A stretch of DNA of 64,000 bases, from the NCBI RefSeq assembly GCF_006345805.1, contig NC_043007.1:62558001-62622000 (forward strand), written 5' to 3'. The DNA comes from Octopus sinensis. Lineage: Eukaryota. The notes beneath the pieces were generated by a model that saw only the letters and a list, made by a program, of their open reading frames with translations, was not told the DNA's origin and did no database searches. How positions within the stretch are numbered: the stretch's first letter is position 1; each line of letters begins with the position of its first letter. Position numbers and translations under genes: made by a program. Below are positions 50,354-64,000 of the stretch, piece after piece.

Positions 50354-51552
50354 TTAAGCCCTTAGCCTACAAGTTACACTACAATTCCTACTTTCTTAAG
50401 TAATACTGGAGTTCAGTGAAAAATTGTTTATGAACTTTAAGGGAAATTTGGCTGCTTAAATCTTCAGGTCAAGCATTTACATAGAAGTTTTTTGTCATTC
50501 TATAGGAACTTTCATCTGCCTAATTGCTTTTAGCAGCACATCAACCGTGATCGAGCAGACCCGTAACCAAAGGCAGTGCAGCTATCAGTTCATCTTTTCA
50601 GAGTCATGGTTATCTAAGACTATATTACTTAATGTGTACTTCCATTTTGATGATGGATGTGGTTTTTTAAGGACATTTATCAACTACTTTTACTGGATCA
50701 AGCCATTACGTAGAAGTTCTCTTGTTAATCCATGTTTCGTCGCATCCTTTAGCGCCTACCGTTGCCGATTGAGTAGCTGATGATGTAGTTCATAGTAAAA
50801 TAATTTGCATTAAAAAAAAAAACCCAGCTGTAAAATCTTGCAATTGATTTAAATATCTGAATTTACAGAATCGTGTAACTCATACCTGTAGACAGTTATA
50901 AACACGCTAAAAAATATTAAGTAGTAGTAAGAAAATCAAGTGAGAGCTGAACGGCAGAAGGTCTTCAGAGAAGAAAACCTCGCTCATACAAGCATTTTGG
51001 CCCTTGACTCCTTGGAAGAATCATCTACTCCATTCCTGTAGACAATTATAAATAAACACGCTAAAAATATATGAGTAACAATAAAGGAAGTTGGCTCGGA
51101 GCATTTCGTAACTGTGTTTAAGTTAGTTCCCTTTACATAGCTCTTCATTGCTGATGAACACTAAAGTAAGTTGTGTGCGACGTGTATCTACGTCAGCCAG
51201 TTTTAGTCAGACCGAACTCCTGCTGTCATAGGGATGGATGTGCCACCTGGCTTCAGACAGCGTAAGTGTACGTCAATTTCAACAATAATGAGTGTTGTAT
51301 GCTGTGATTACACCGCTTGTTATAGAATTATCTTACGCTTTCAATTTGGAAAAAAATTGTTTTATTTTCTGTTAATTTCAGTTAAGTTACAGCTTCACGT
51401 CAATCTATCTGATTTGTGTGTACGTCAAATGCATGCATAGAAGACTTTTTTTTTCGTTTCCAAGTTTGCCCAAAACAAGCCTCGAATCTTTTTACTTCTT
51501 TGGTGGTTTAAAAAAAGTCCGACACATACATACGTATGTATGTGTATGTATG

Positions 51553-51594
<42 letters not shown>

Positions 51595-54500
51595 ATATAT
51601 ATATGTATGTATGCTTATTCTGTGAAAAGGAAGGAAACAAGCAGAAGAGTACATTTTTCCTCTTCCTAGTAAAATGTATGCAAATTATGGTTTTCAGAAA
51701 TACTTATAAATAAAAAAGAATAATGTTAATAATAATAGTGTATAACTTAACAAAACAGCTTTAACTATTCTGCATTTTTTAAATTTTCATTTCTTCAGTT
51801 TTGTTCTCATTTTATTTTGAGTGACGTATCAACAGTACATAAGTTCCAAAACTGCTGAGTTGGTTAAATAATACTTCTTGAGTCAGTCTTTGGAATGTCA
51901 CTATATAAAGCTATATTGGCATTCTCTCGATATCGAAAAAATGCCGCTATATTTGTTTTACAAGAATCTATCTATCTATCTATATATTATTATTATTATT
52001 ATTTTCTATTGTTGCTGATTGTTATCAGACCTCTGACTATAAAGCAGTTATGTTTATTGCTTGTTCACCATCAGGTCGGCCCTAATTAAACATACCTGTA
52101 ATCAAAGATATTCCCACGTTGTCTATTTTTATTTTCCTAGTGTGTTGGAAAGATTACACAGTCTTATGTGTTCTTTCCCTTTTAAAAAAGTGAGCTGGAA
52201 TTTATTTTACTAGTTCTAGCAGATCGAGCGACTACATAAGTGTTAGTTTGTTGTGTTTATTGTGTTATTTATAACCTGCACTAGTTTTCATCATTTAACT
52301 AGCCACAGATTTTGATCAATATTGTGGCATTCTTTCGTTTGTGACGATATTCCACCTGCAAACAAGTTTGTTACTGCAATAAGGTAAACCGTTATTAATT
52401 AGATGCTTGAGAAGAAGACGATCAAGTAAGATCGCTATGCAGGTGTGTCACTGTGTATCTAGGATGTGTAAGAGGACCCCATGATGTAACTTCAGAATCT
52501 GCAACTAACATAAATTCATGGAACAGTTTCACACATGTTGTTATGCATGATTCTAATAACTCTCTCTCTTTTTTTCTTTTTCTTACAAATCTAAAGCGTC
52601 GATGTTAATATGTAGGTGTAACTATAAATTCACTCACCTCCATATTTTCGCAGTTTCTGATAATTTTATTATATATATATATATCAGTTTAGTCGGTCCC
52701 TTGCGCCTCTGAATTTGCACAGGACCTTCAAGCAAGTGATAATTTATCTGTAACAAAAAGAATAGTATTTTTTTTTTCATGTGTTTTGATACATAACGTT
52801 TCATGTATAAGTTTCTTGCGTTGTTTAACTCCACATCACTGATGAAGCAAACTTATCATCAAAAGATTTCCGGCCGTGGCTCACATCCCGTTTGTTTAGG
52901 GTTATCTAGGATTACATTTATATATCGTGTCATTTCCTTTTTAATAACGAGGTAGGGGGAGTAATTTGAAAGAAAATTTGACTGTTATTTCTAGCAGTTA
53001 GAGTGACGATATAGACGCTCTCTCGTTGACTCATTTTATGAGGCGATGCAAAGCATCAGTTGCACCACCAAAATATATGTACATAGTTTGGTGTGAAATA
53101 TTGATAATTGGATTACAGGGGTTTCTTTAATGTTTTGTTAGTGCCTTTATTGACAATATCTGCTCTTTTTTAATTGCGTGGAATGTATCGCTCCGTTACA
53201 CTATAAATAAATAGACAGCTAAATGTTCTCGTCACCCATCACCAGCTAGCCACCCTTCTCGCACCTGCCTACGATTCCCATGATAGGTGAAGTTAGACTT
53301 AAGTTTCTTCTTGTCTATATTTGTATAGGTTTACTTAGTATTCAACAACATATATTATATCTTTGAAACAGCATAACTACAGATGTGTAAACACCTACCA
53401 ATTTTTTTGTTTGTTTGTTTCCTAATCGAATTACTTATTTCGTGTCAGTGTCTGCGTAATGATCTCTTGAAACATTATTAATTGTTGTGTAAATATTAAT
53501 GATCAAACGGATTAAATTATTCGTGTATCTACGACATATATCTTTGTCGTTGTTGTGGTGTTAAGTAATCCTGAGTTGGCTTTGATCCATTAAGTCGATG
53601 TCACTGAGGAAGTTTTATCAAAGTGTTCGATTATCTTCTGATATTAAATGATTCCTTCATTAAGATTTAAGAGAACGTGGTGAAAGTTGTGACTACTGCA
53701 ATTGAATAGGTCGAGGGAATTACAACATACACAAACACACCCTTTCTTCCGGTCTGTGGTAGGGTTCTTATTTTAAATTTTTGCTGCTTTATTTGTTTAG
53801 TTTGACGGCAATTAACTAGGAGCAATTTATAGATTTTATTGCCTTTACAAAAATGATAATGCTTCTTGATAAACCACGATAAAGTGATTAAATTGATTCC
53901 TCTAATAATAATCCTGGTTAATGTCTGCTATAGGCACAGGGCCAGAAATTTTCTTGGGAAGGAGGCTAGTCGATTACATCGACTCCAGCGACCTCGGTGG
54001 AATTTGAACTCAGAGCGTAGAGACAGACGAAATGCCGCTAAGCGTTTTGTCTGGCGTGCTAACGATTCTGCCAGTTCACCGCTTTTACAATAATAGTAAT
54101 ATTGTTTGTAATTTTCGTACAAGGCTAGCAATTTTGAAGGAGGGTGTTAGTCGGTAACATCGACTCCAGTACTTAGCTGGTATTTCATTTAACGCCCCCT
54201 CCCCACGATGAAAAGCAAAGTTGACTTCAGTGCAATTTGAACTTAAAACGTAAAGAGGCACACTCTTCTTCCTCCTGGCAAGTTAGTGAACTTCTGGTAC
54301 CAACAATTTGGTATGTACAGACCATCGCTAGTTTCCGTGGACTCTACTGCTTCACTTTGATATTTTTCAAATAGTTGAACTGTATTAAAACTTAATAACA
54401 GTTTAGATAACTGTAAAGTAGTGGTAGGTTTTACAGACCATAGAAAGGCAAGCTTTTTTTACAATTAGTACAGTCTGACTGCCTTAGTCATAACCATGGC

Positions 54501-54999
54501 TTTGTGTATCTAAAATCCTTTCCCTCTCTATTTAGATACCAGTCCCTAGAGACATACATCCCATTCCCTAAACTCCATATTTGACATTTCATTCATCCAG
54601 ATCTTCTTAATTCAACTTATCAGTATTTTAACACTAACTTCACTCATAACTTGAATTATACCTATCTGCCATTGGAGGATCTAAAAAACAGTTTATAAAG
54701 ATAGTACATTTTCCCCTGATCAAATAGTGTAATTTTGGTAATTCTAGACTTTCAGTATTTATAATTTTAATGAATTGATAAACATTCTTCCTTTGTTCTA
54801 TTATGAATTTTATAAATTTCCTGTTTCTTTTTTATATTTTTTTCTTTCTTTTATTGTTTAGTTATTTTAGAAATCTAAATATTAGAAAGAAATGTAAAAA
54901 AATGTATGTTAAATACTTTGATATTGGATTTAAATCATTCTACATTGTCAGTGACCAACATCATTTTGTGTGCACTTAACATTGAAGTTGCATCTACCC

Positions 55000-56700
55000 A
55001 TAGCCATATACTTATTCTTATTATTCTCATTGTTTAACTACCAGACGTTTTCTACCCTATGACATATTGTCACCCGTCTTCGACATGTATCGTTCAGCCA
55101 TTTAGGCCCAGCATGCTAAGAATCAACTTCACTAGTAATTATTATACATTCCTTTGACACGAGTACCTTCCACCAAATAAATTATAATATTTTATAGTGT
55201 CATTCATTCATAGCACATGTTTGTACATGTGCAGCTGTATCTTCTTGATTCATCTGTACTCAGTTTTCAGACAAGTTGACATTACACATGTACGATAATT
55301 CACTTGTCTCTGTAGATTTTCTGTCTTCATTGTCTCATGTCCCAATACCTGCACCACGCTTCTAACACACTTTTCATACAGTCTCTTTTGGCATTAAGAG
55401 AAGAACCCTTTGTTGCTACCTTTTTCTTACATTCCCATATTTTTACTATATCCAATATTTATATGATCACTTTTTTGGACTTCATTTCATACCTGCCAAA
55501 GATTCTACTTTGTGTTTCATGCACCCATTGTTGGTACTAAGCATACACCTTACATATCAAACCAGACCACTTCTCAAATAATTTTGTGTTCTCTACTACT
55601 ATTTATTTCTTCATTTGTAATCAGTAACAAGCCTTTTCAGATTTAAAACTTTCTTTGCTTGTCTTAGGCTAACTAAGTAATGAGTATAAAGAACATTCAA
55701 TCCTGAAACTCTGTATTGTTTTTATTTTGTTGTTTTTTTAAACATGGTTTTGTGTGTCTAAAATCCTTTCTATCTTTATTTGGATACCATTCCCCATAGA
55801 CATACATCTCATTCTCTAAACTCCACATTTAACATTTTATTATTCAGATCTTCATTTTCAGAACTGTAGCTCTCTAAGATTCCTTTACCATAGATGTTTT
55901 TTCAAATGATCATTAACAACACTAACTTCATTGAATTGTGCATAAATTCTAACAACTCTATATGACTGCAAATGATACAACTAGGCTACAGAAAGTGTTT
56001 TATTTATCTAGGAAATATTATCAGTTAACAGAGCTAAAAAGGACATTCAAGCAATGCTTACCAAAGTTCATTTACTTTTAGCTGATGTTGCAGTCAAGAC
56101 AATACAGTTTTAGAACTATTTATTACTGTTTATTACTTCAGCTGTTATTAGTAACAGACCCTTTCTGGTTTTAAGCTTTCTTTGTTTCTCTTTGGCAGAC
56201 TGCAATGAGAACGAAGTAATCAGTATATAAAAAATTCTAAGAATATTCAGTCCTGAATTTTTGTATTGTTTAAAGAACTATTATGAATATGAGAAGCTTA
56301 GAACAGGACCCTGATAATGTCTGACCATTGCTTTTAAATTCTTTCTGGAACTAGCTACAAGTTCTGAACTTTGCTCTACATCCTGAATGTATTTGCTTTA
56401 AGTTTACTATTTCTCTCTTTTTTCATAACTTGATTCATCAACAACTATCTGTAGAACCTGCAGATTTCCTTGTCTTCTCTGTGCTTAATTGCTTTATTAA
56501 CTATGTTTCAACTAACTTATATAGCTTCTATTTCTATTTGTCCTGCTTTGTGTAGGCTTCCACCATTCTACATGTATTCTTCATTCAATGAAATATTTTC
56601 TCTTCACTGAGGCCACAAGAAGCAATTGACATTAGAACCAGACAAACAGAAAAAACTAGACAGCATTGTCTTGTATTTCACATCAGTTGATAACACCAAA
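55000..56700 (-). mobile_element. Old, deleted RTE relic related to 58262-60905
   Basis: Decayed QG.VLS.LIFIIVL..LYTD motif near 56200-56330, and ataaagcaattaag similarity to 59583. Confidence 0.5.
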
Positions 56701-57001
56701 TGCACACGTATGTAACTCCTAGCTATCTCATACAAGACTTCAATAATGTTTACTTGGCACATAAGCACAATTATTTTGAGACACACTGCACTGTCATAAT
56801 GGAGAGAAAAGTAATGAAACTTGATTCTAAGCTACTAGAAACATATGTTCTATATGGATCTGCACCATCTCTGCTTCTAGACCTCTTCCTCCTCAACTCT
56901 TAATTACAATAATCTCTTCAGTGTCAACCTATTATCACTATACCAATAAACTAAATTGACCATGTGCAGATTGCTCCTGAACATCAAACCAACTACCTTA
57001 G

Positions 57002-57222
57002 CTCTTTAGCATTCAGCTTATTCTTGTCAAATGTAATACTTATTTAGTCACATTGTTTTGAATTAATCATGTATTGTCTTATAGCTTTCAAATTTTTATG
57101 AGGTAACTGTTAATTTTTAGGATGATATTGTAGGATAAGTGTGAGGGGCCAAATCTGGCCAGTTTGAACATAAAACAGGTAGAATATTTTAGCCAGATAT
57201 AGCTGGTTTAAATGCTAAAGGG
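57002..57222 (-). mobile_element. About 220-bp piggyBac-like MITE (partial copies at 1955-2135, 30730-30875, 31940-32020)
   Basis: AATGCTAAAGGG-TTAA end; homology among the copies. Confidence 0.65.
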
Positions 57223-58261
57223 TTAATACCAGTATGCTGCTCCAGCAAAACTACCTGGAATTATTAAAAAGCAGTAATACAACAACAAAAACTCTTATAT
57301 ATAACATTTTGATAATAAGAAGTAATGTTTATCCTCACATCAAATGGCTGTTCAATGTTACTACCATAACAGGCAGATCTTTCACCAGCTGGTTACCAGT
57401 GCAACCTTTGTATCAATTGCAAGTAGGGGAGTGAACCATCCTGTTGAAGACAGACATATGTAGTCCAAAACCATTCAGCCTCATGATCCTGTCATCTGCT
57501 AGAGGATGGAAGGGGTTCGCTCCCCTGCTTGCAGTATATGCAGGGTGCATCAGTAACCCACTGGCAGAGGATCTGCCTGGGGTTAAAACGATAGTAACAT
57601 CAAACAACCATACTAGTATTGCGATAAACATTACTTCTTAGTATAGTTACTACTTTCATCTCTTATTGAACTTTTCTAACTAGCTACTTTGCTTATTTTA
57701 ATAACACTTTCCACTAATACCATCATCTCACCACCTGCTACTGAGTTGGATTAAACTGATTATTATTGTAATATATATGCTCTTATTTATGTTGGTTCTT
57801 TCTCCAGACTAGATTATCTTTTAAAACTTATCATGTTGTTCTTATTGCTAATTACCTACACCTCTACAGGATTAATACTGTGCATATATATGGGTGTTTA
57901 TATATATATATATATATAATTTTGTCTTAGATTGGCTGACTGAAAACTCTCAGATTTTTCAATTCTATTTTAATATTATCAACATTTGAGGTCTCGTTAA
58001 ATTATGCTACACAAATCCCAAAAGAATGTTTTTCTCCCTTGTGTTCTGACCACTAACCCCTCTCTCTCTCTGTGCCTCACTCCGTCTATCTCTTACTCTT
58101 GGCCTCACTCTGTCTGTCTCTCTCTCTCTCTTTCAATTACCACTTGCCTTGCCAAGACTTCCTCCACCACCACCCTATATAAACTAGCGCATGCACTCAG
58201 ATTCCCCATCACGATTTTTTTTACCTCCGCCGAAGGAATACGTATCCAGAAGTTCGTGATA

Positions 58262-60905
58262 CAAACGGAAATGTGTTGATATGTGCTGCCTCCAAGAAGT
58301 AAGGTAGAGAGGAGGTTCCGCTAGGTTCTCCACAGGCAAAGAACACAGGTACAAAATTTTCTGGGCAGGGAACACTGATGGGGTCAGGGGCGTGGGTATA
58401 CTTCTTGTGGAGAAATGGGTGGATAAGGTAATTGAGGTAGTCAGAGTAGGTGACAGAATACTTAAGATTAGATTGGTGCTTCATCATGGGTTAGCAACCA
58501 TTATCTCGTCCTATGCCCCTCAGCCGGGGCTACCCGATGGACAGAAAGACCGATTCTATTACACCCTCTTGCTGACTACCGCATTGACAAATGACAGAGA
58601 CCTTTTCTTTGTGGCTGGTGACTTCAATGGACATGTTGGACAACATACAGGGGGCTTCCATGGCATACATGGAGACTACGGTTTTGGTTCCTGCAATGAG
58701 GAGGGAACCAGGCTGCTGGAGTTCTGCAATGCAAATGATCTTATGGTTTGCAATACTAATTTCAGGAAACCTGCCAGTCACCTAGTCACCTACTATTCTG
58801 GCAGACACACTAGCCAAATTGACTACATCCTTGCCAGAAAAAGAGAAAGATGGCTGCTTATAAATGCCAAAACCTTCCCAGGCAAAGAATGTACCCCACA
58901 ACATCAACTGGTAGTTAGTGACTTCAGGATCAGGGCTAAGTGGTTGCCCAGAAGATGACCAGCATGGAGGAGAAGAGTCTGGAAGCTTAAAGATCCTGCG
59001 AATGGACAGAGATTTAGAGACCTGTTATTTGAAACCTTTGACGAAATAGAAGGGGATATAGCGTCACACAATGTAAAAAACAACTGGAAGTTTCTACGGA
59101 ACAACCTGCTGAGGGCCACTGACCAGATCTGTGGATAGTGAAAAGTCCCCTCTCGACCCAAAATAACGTGGTGGTGGAATAATGTTGTTGACAGGGCTAT
59201 TAGAGAAAAGAAACAGGCTTAGGACTGGAAGAATGGTGGTAGCAGGGAATTGTATCAGACTCCCTGAAGGGAAGCTAGGAAACAGGCTTATTTAGCCAGA
59301 GGGGAAGCAGATAAAATATTTGCCAATGTTCTGCACTGTGAGGATCAAAGACTTGAGGTATTTCGTGTTGCAAGACTGTGTGAGAGAGAATCATGATGTT
59401 GTAGGAGAGAAATGTGTCCGCATGGATGATGGTTCACTTGCACTACATGAGGCTGTGAAGAGAGAGGCTTGGAGACGCCACTATGAAAGATTGCTCAATA
59501 AAGAAAAGAATGAGAGAAAGAGAGTCTGCCGAATGTCAACCCAACAGAGGGACCAGCTGTCCGAATTGACAGTACCTTGGTAGATAAAGCAATTAAGAGT
59601 ATGAAGACAGGGAAAAACCCCGGCCCATCAGGAATCACTGCAGAGATGCTCAAAATATCTGGCAGTGTCGGCTATAGCCTAGTCACCCATATAGTTAACC
59701 AGGTGATACATGAAGTAGTTATACCTAATGACTGGTGTAGCAGCACCATAGTCAACTGCTACAAAGGTAAAAGTGACGCTTTAGATACCAATAATTACAG
59801 AGGTATCAAGTTGTTGGATCAGGTAATGATGGTCATGGAGCGGGTCATAGCCCAACTAATTAGGGAGAAAGTCAGTTTAGATGATATGCAGTTTGGGTTC
59901 GTGCCAGGGAAAAGCACCACTGATGCTATATTTCTGGTAAGACTGCTGCAGGAGAAATACCTAGCCAAAGATAAACCTCTGTACCTGGATTTCGTTGACA
60001 TGGAGAAAGCCTTTGACAGGGTCCCCTGATCCCTTATCTGGTAGTCAATGAGGAAACTAGGGATAGATGAATGGTTAGTGAGAGCTGTGCAAGCCATGTA
60101 CAGGGACGCTGTCAGTAAGGTGAGGGTTGGCAACGAGTACAGTGAAGAATTCCGGGTAGAGGTAGGGGTTCACCAAGGTTCAGTCTTCAGCCCCCTCCTA
60201 TTTATCATAGTCCTCCAGGCAATAACAGAGGAATTCAAGACAGGATGCCCCTGGGAGCTCCTCTATGCTGATGACTTTGCTCTAATTGCTCAGTCACTAT
60301 TAGAACTAGAGGAGAAGTTTCAAGTGTAGAAACAAGGATTAGAATCGAAGGGCCTTAGAGTCAACTGAGCTAAAACCAAAGTCCTAATAAGTAGGAAGGT
60401 AGACAAACCACAAATCCCTTCAGGTAGATGGCCCTGCTCAATCTGTAGAAAAGGCATGGGTAGAAACTCTATAAGATGTACCCTGTGTAAGCTATGGACA
60501 CTTAAGAGGTGCAACAATATCAAAGGAAAGCTAACTGGGAAGATAGTTTTTGTATGTGGCAGATGCTCAGGAGCAATAAACACTGAAAATGTGCAGAGAA
60601 CAACTTCTGCCACATTCCAGGGAGAAAAACTAGTAGTAGTTGATAGCTTCTGTTACCTAGGTGACCAAGTCACTAGCAGGGGAGGGTGCGTTGAAAGTGT
60701 AGCTGCTAGAATAAGAATAGCCTGGGCAAAGTTCAGAGAGCTCTTACCCCTGCTGGTGATAAAGGGCCTCTTACTCAGAGTAAAAGGTAGACTGTATGAT
60801 GCATGTGTACGAACACCCATGCTACATGGTAGTGAAATATGGGCTGTGACTGCTGAGGACATGTGTAAGCTCACAAGGAATGAAGCCAGTATGCTCCGAT
60901 GGATG
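58262..60905 (+). mobile_element. RTE-clade LINE relic (APE endonuclease, RT, Cys-rich insert); frameshifted and 3'-truncated
   Basis: QEVR, SYAPQ, AGDFNGHVG, SQIDYIL; NYRGIKLL, FVDMEKAFDRVP, GVHQGSVFSP, LLYADD; CSICRK..RCTLCKLW. Confidence 0.9.
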
Positions 60906-61859
60906 CTTTACTACTCTTTATGGCTTAGCTTCCTTAGTCTTAATTGCTGTAGGGGTAATAGTCAATGTTAGGAGCATCTTCTTTTGATTGAGAGTTGGTT
61001 AGTTTGTCTTGTAGAAGAGTTTAGCACTTTCTGGAAGTGTTGGACCCATCTTGATGTTTGTTCTTATTCAGTTGTTATAATGGTGTCATCTTTGTTTCTG
61101 ACTGACTGGTGTTGCTGCTACAACACTGTTTTGTGATCTTATAAACAGTAGTCTTTTCTCTCCTGGCTGCAGCTTCACATAACATAAAAAAATCACTTGT
61201 CTTTTCTGATATCCCTTTTGACTTCTTTGTCCTTGGACTTTTAGGGTAGTTGGACCTGCTCCCAGACCTTCAATAACTTCATTCCCAACATCTTGTCTTT
61301 TAGCAATTCCTTATTCCTTTTATCTTATCAATATTGAAGATATTGGTTACTGCTTCGAGTCAAATTTTCTTCACCCCATTCCACTTGATGTTAATTAGGC
61401 TATTGTTCTCAATTGTATCAGCAACAACACAGATTTCCAGGATAAACTATTGTTTGGCGTTAGGATGATTAAGTTTGGTGATGCCAAGTTGTTTTTGCTG
61501 CTAACCCTTTTTCTTCACTTTGCAAATTTTCAGTCTCACTGTAGCAGTTATCAAGTGGTTGTTACTAAATACATTGACCCTGGGAAAAGCTCTTTTACTA
61601 TCAGTGACTGTCACCAATTTCCATTGGCATGATCTGGTTCAGTGAGCTACCATCTGGTAACCTCCATGTGAACTTATAAATATTCTTGTGAGGAAAGATA
61701 GTACCTCTGATGAAACAGTTATTGTTCAAGTTTCATCACACCAAGACTTCACTGTCATTGTTTCATTGCAACAAGGTTTCACTTGGCATCATGAACAATG
61801 CCAAGTTGATCCCTGCCATCATTCACTGTCATCATGCATTACTCTAAGATGTTAACTGT

Positions 61860-64000
61860 TATTGATTGCACCAAGATTTCAATATTATTCATCATACCAA
61901 GATATTTGCATATCCTTCTCAAATATCAGAACTTGCTGCATCGGCTATCAACTTGCATATTGGCATTTTGTGTGTACAGGAACACCATCTCATCATGAAC
62001 TCAATAACAACTGGACTTTTGTGTGGCAGTGTGGATTATTACTCAGCCTGCATGCCCTAAAATCACTAAACAGTATTGAGAAAATAACATCTAGAATAAT
62101 AGTTGCCAATTTCAATGGTAACCCTTCTACTACTGTCACCTGCTGCTACAGCCCAACAAATGTCAGCAATGAACAAGAGGTCAAAGATTTTTACAATGAT
62201 TTGTTGTTTCTTGTATGATCTATACCAAAACACAATATCCTCATCATTGGCAGAAATATGAATGCACAATTAGGCTATGACAATCCCCATCATAAGTACT
62301 TGTTCCATCAAACCGAAATGGAGAATACTTGGAGCACCTCTTGGTAGAAAACAAACTTCAGTGCCTGAACACTTATTTTCTGAAGAGACTGGGAAAGAAG
62401 TTGACCCGTACTTCCCCAAATGGATTCAAATCTTATGAACAAAATGTGGATTAACAGCTGCCACAACTGTGAAGCATACAACACTTTCTTTGGTGCATCA
62501 TCTGACCATCAAGTGATAACATCTAAGCTTCAGGTAAGCCTCTGAGCAAACAAGATAAAAGGAACCTCAAGACCACCCTACAACTGGGTTATTCTGACGT
62601 ACAATGAGAGAGTCCAAAATGATTTCATGATTAAACTCAGAAATTGCTTTGATGTATTACATGATGCCAATGTAGATTACACACCAAACGCAACATATTT
62701 CAACTGCGCCCAAGCTCATTATGAGGCTGCTGAAAAATGCATCCCTTTGAGACCAGAAGTGAAATGAAGAGCCACCTGGGTAAGTAACAGTGCTTGCAAA
62801 AAGAATTAGCATAAAAGAAATAACCAAGCAGTGCAACAGGAATTCTACAAGAAGAAACTTAAATAGAAAAACAAAGGTGCTGAAAGAACTTAATGTATTA
62901 TATCAGATAGAACAGCAAAAATACATTCAAACCCAAATCAACAAAACCAAAAATGCAGAAGACAATAAACAGTCTTCTTTAGCATGGCAGAGAGTAAATG
63001 GAGTGGTCGGAAGAAATCCTTCGAAGTGAAGTTGAAGGCCTCTAGCCTACAGGAGAGACTGAGTAAGTGAAAAGACCATTTTCAAAACCTTCTTGAGAAA
63101 TCACTGAATACATCAAATCTGCAGATCCATTGTATTGTTGAAGAGGTCCTGGATACCAAGCAGGGATCCTTCTCTATAGAAGAGCTTGAAGTCATACTGA
63201 GGAAGACCAAAAACCTGCAGGATTGGATGATATCCCGCCTGAAGTCTGGAAAACCGGCAATTTCAATGGCATTCTTCTCAAATCGTGCAACTCAGTATAT
63301 CATCAAAGTGAGATAAAAGTCTGGACAGAAAGATGTATTCTGCCTTTCCCCAAAAAGGGGATCTGGGCCTTACAATAAACTACAGAGGAATTACATTAAC
63401 ACCAATTGCAGTGAAAATTTACAATGCATTGCTACTCAATTGAATCCAACCTCAAATTGAAAGAGTTCTTAGGAAAAATCAAAATGAATTCAGGAAGAGC
63501 TGCTCTACATCTAGTCAAATTCTCACAGGAGGGTGTTGGAAGGAGTGTGAGCCAAAAACCTTAAAGCAGTTCTGCTTTTAGTTGATTTCTCCAAGGCCTT
63601 TGCCTCTATACACAGAGATAAGATGGCAGAAATCCTTAGGGCATATGGAATCCCTGATGAAACAATAAAGGCAGTAATGATGCTGTATAAAAAACACCTG
63701 AGTGAAAGTGTGGTCACCAGATGGAGATACAGACTTCTTTGATGTTTGTGCAGGAGTACTGCAGGGTGACACACTGGCTCCTTGTTCATCCTATGTCTCG
63801 ATTACATATTGCATACCTCAATAGATCAACACAATGACCTGGATTTCACTTTATAGAAGGCTAGAAGCAGAAGATATCTGACTACCTACTTGACTGATGC
63901 TGATTATGCTGATGACATAGTGCTCTTCACTGACAACACAAAAGAATGTTTACTCCATCTCCTGGAAAATGCTGCCACTAACATAGGACTATATGCGAAT
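61860..64000 (+). mobile_element. Second RTE-like LINE relic; runs off the window end
   Basis: ILCVQEH, NGNPSTTVTCCYSPTN; NYRGITL, VDFSKAF, GVLQGDTLAP, DADYADD; many stops. Confidence 0.85.

Noticed and set aside
57330-57600. Possible HDV-like ribozyme in an RTE 5' region
   Set aside because: I could not identify the nested double pseudoknot or L3 motif by eye.

Overview
AT-rich, microsatellite- and SINE-dense animal genomic DNA; the repeat content looks like an octopus genome (inference). One protein-coding gene is well supported: golgin-84 (GOLGA5) on the minus strand. It has 14 coding exons from 28732 down to 1468, all GT-AG with consistent phases, giving a 2175-nt CDS (724 aa plus stop). 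A candidate promoter and non-coding first exon lie at about 43.1-43.7 kb. The rest is mostly transposon-derived: two full-length mariner relics, maT/Tc1 fragments, a young CR1 LINE split by a SINE-like insertion, three RTE-type LINE relics, piggyBac/hAT/Kolobok-like MITEs, two Helitron relics, two tRNA-derived SINE families and a 2.4-kb nest of foldback elements. The most notable hidden signal is about ten type I hammerhead ribozyme (HHR) motifs from several sequence families. They sit in short non-coding elements, mostly AT-rich and next to (TA)n, often with inverted terminal duplications, which resembles non-autonomous Penelope-like termini or retrozymes. Four have a fully canonical core, and two of these lie 982 nt apart on the sense strand of one GOLGA5 intron. 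All folds were done by eye and no activity is shown.
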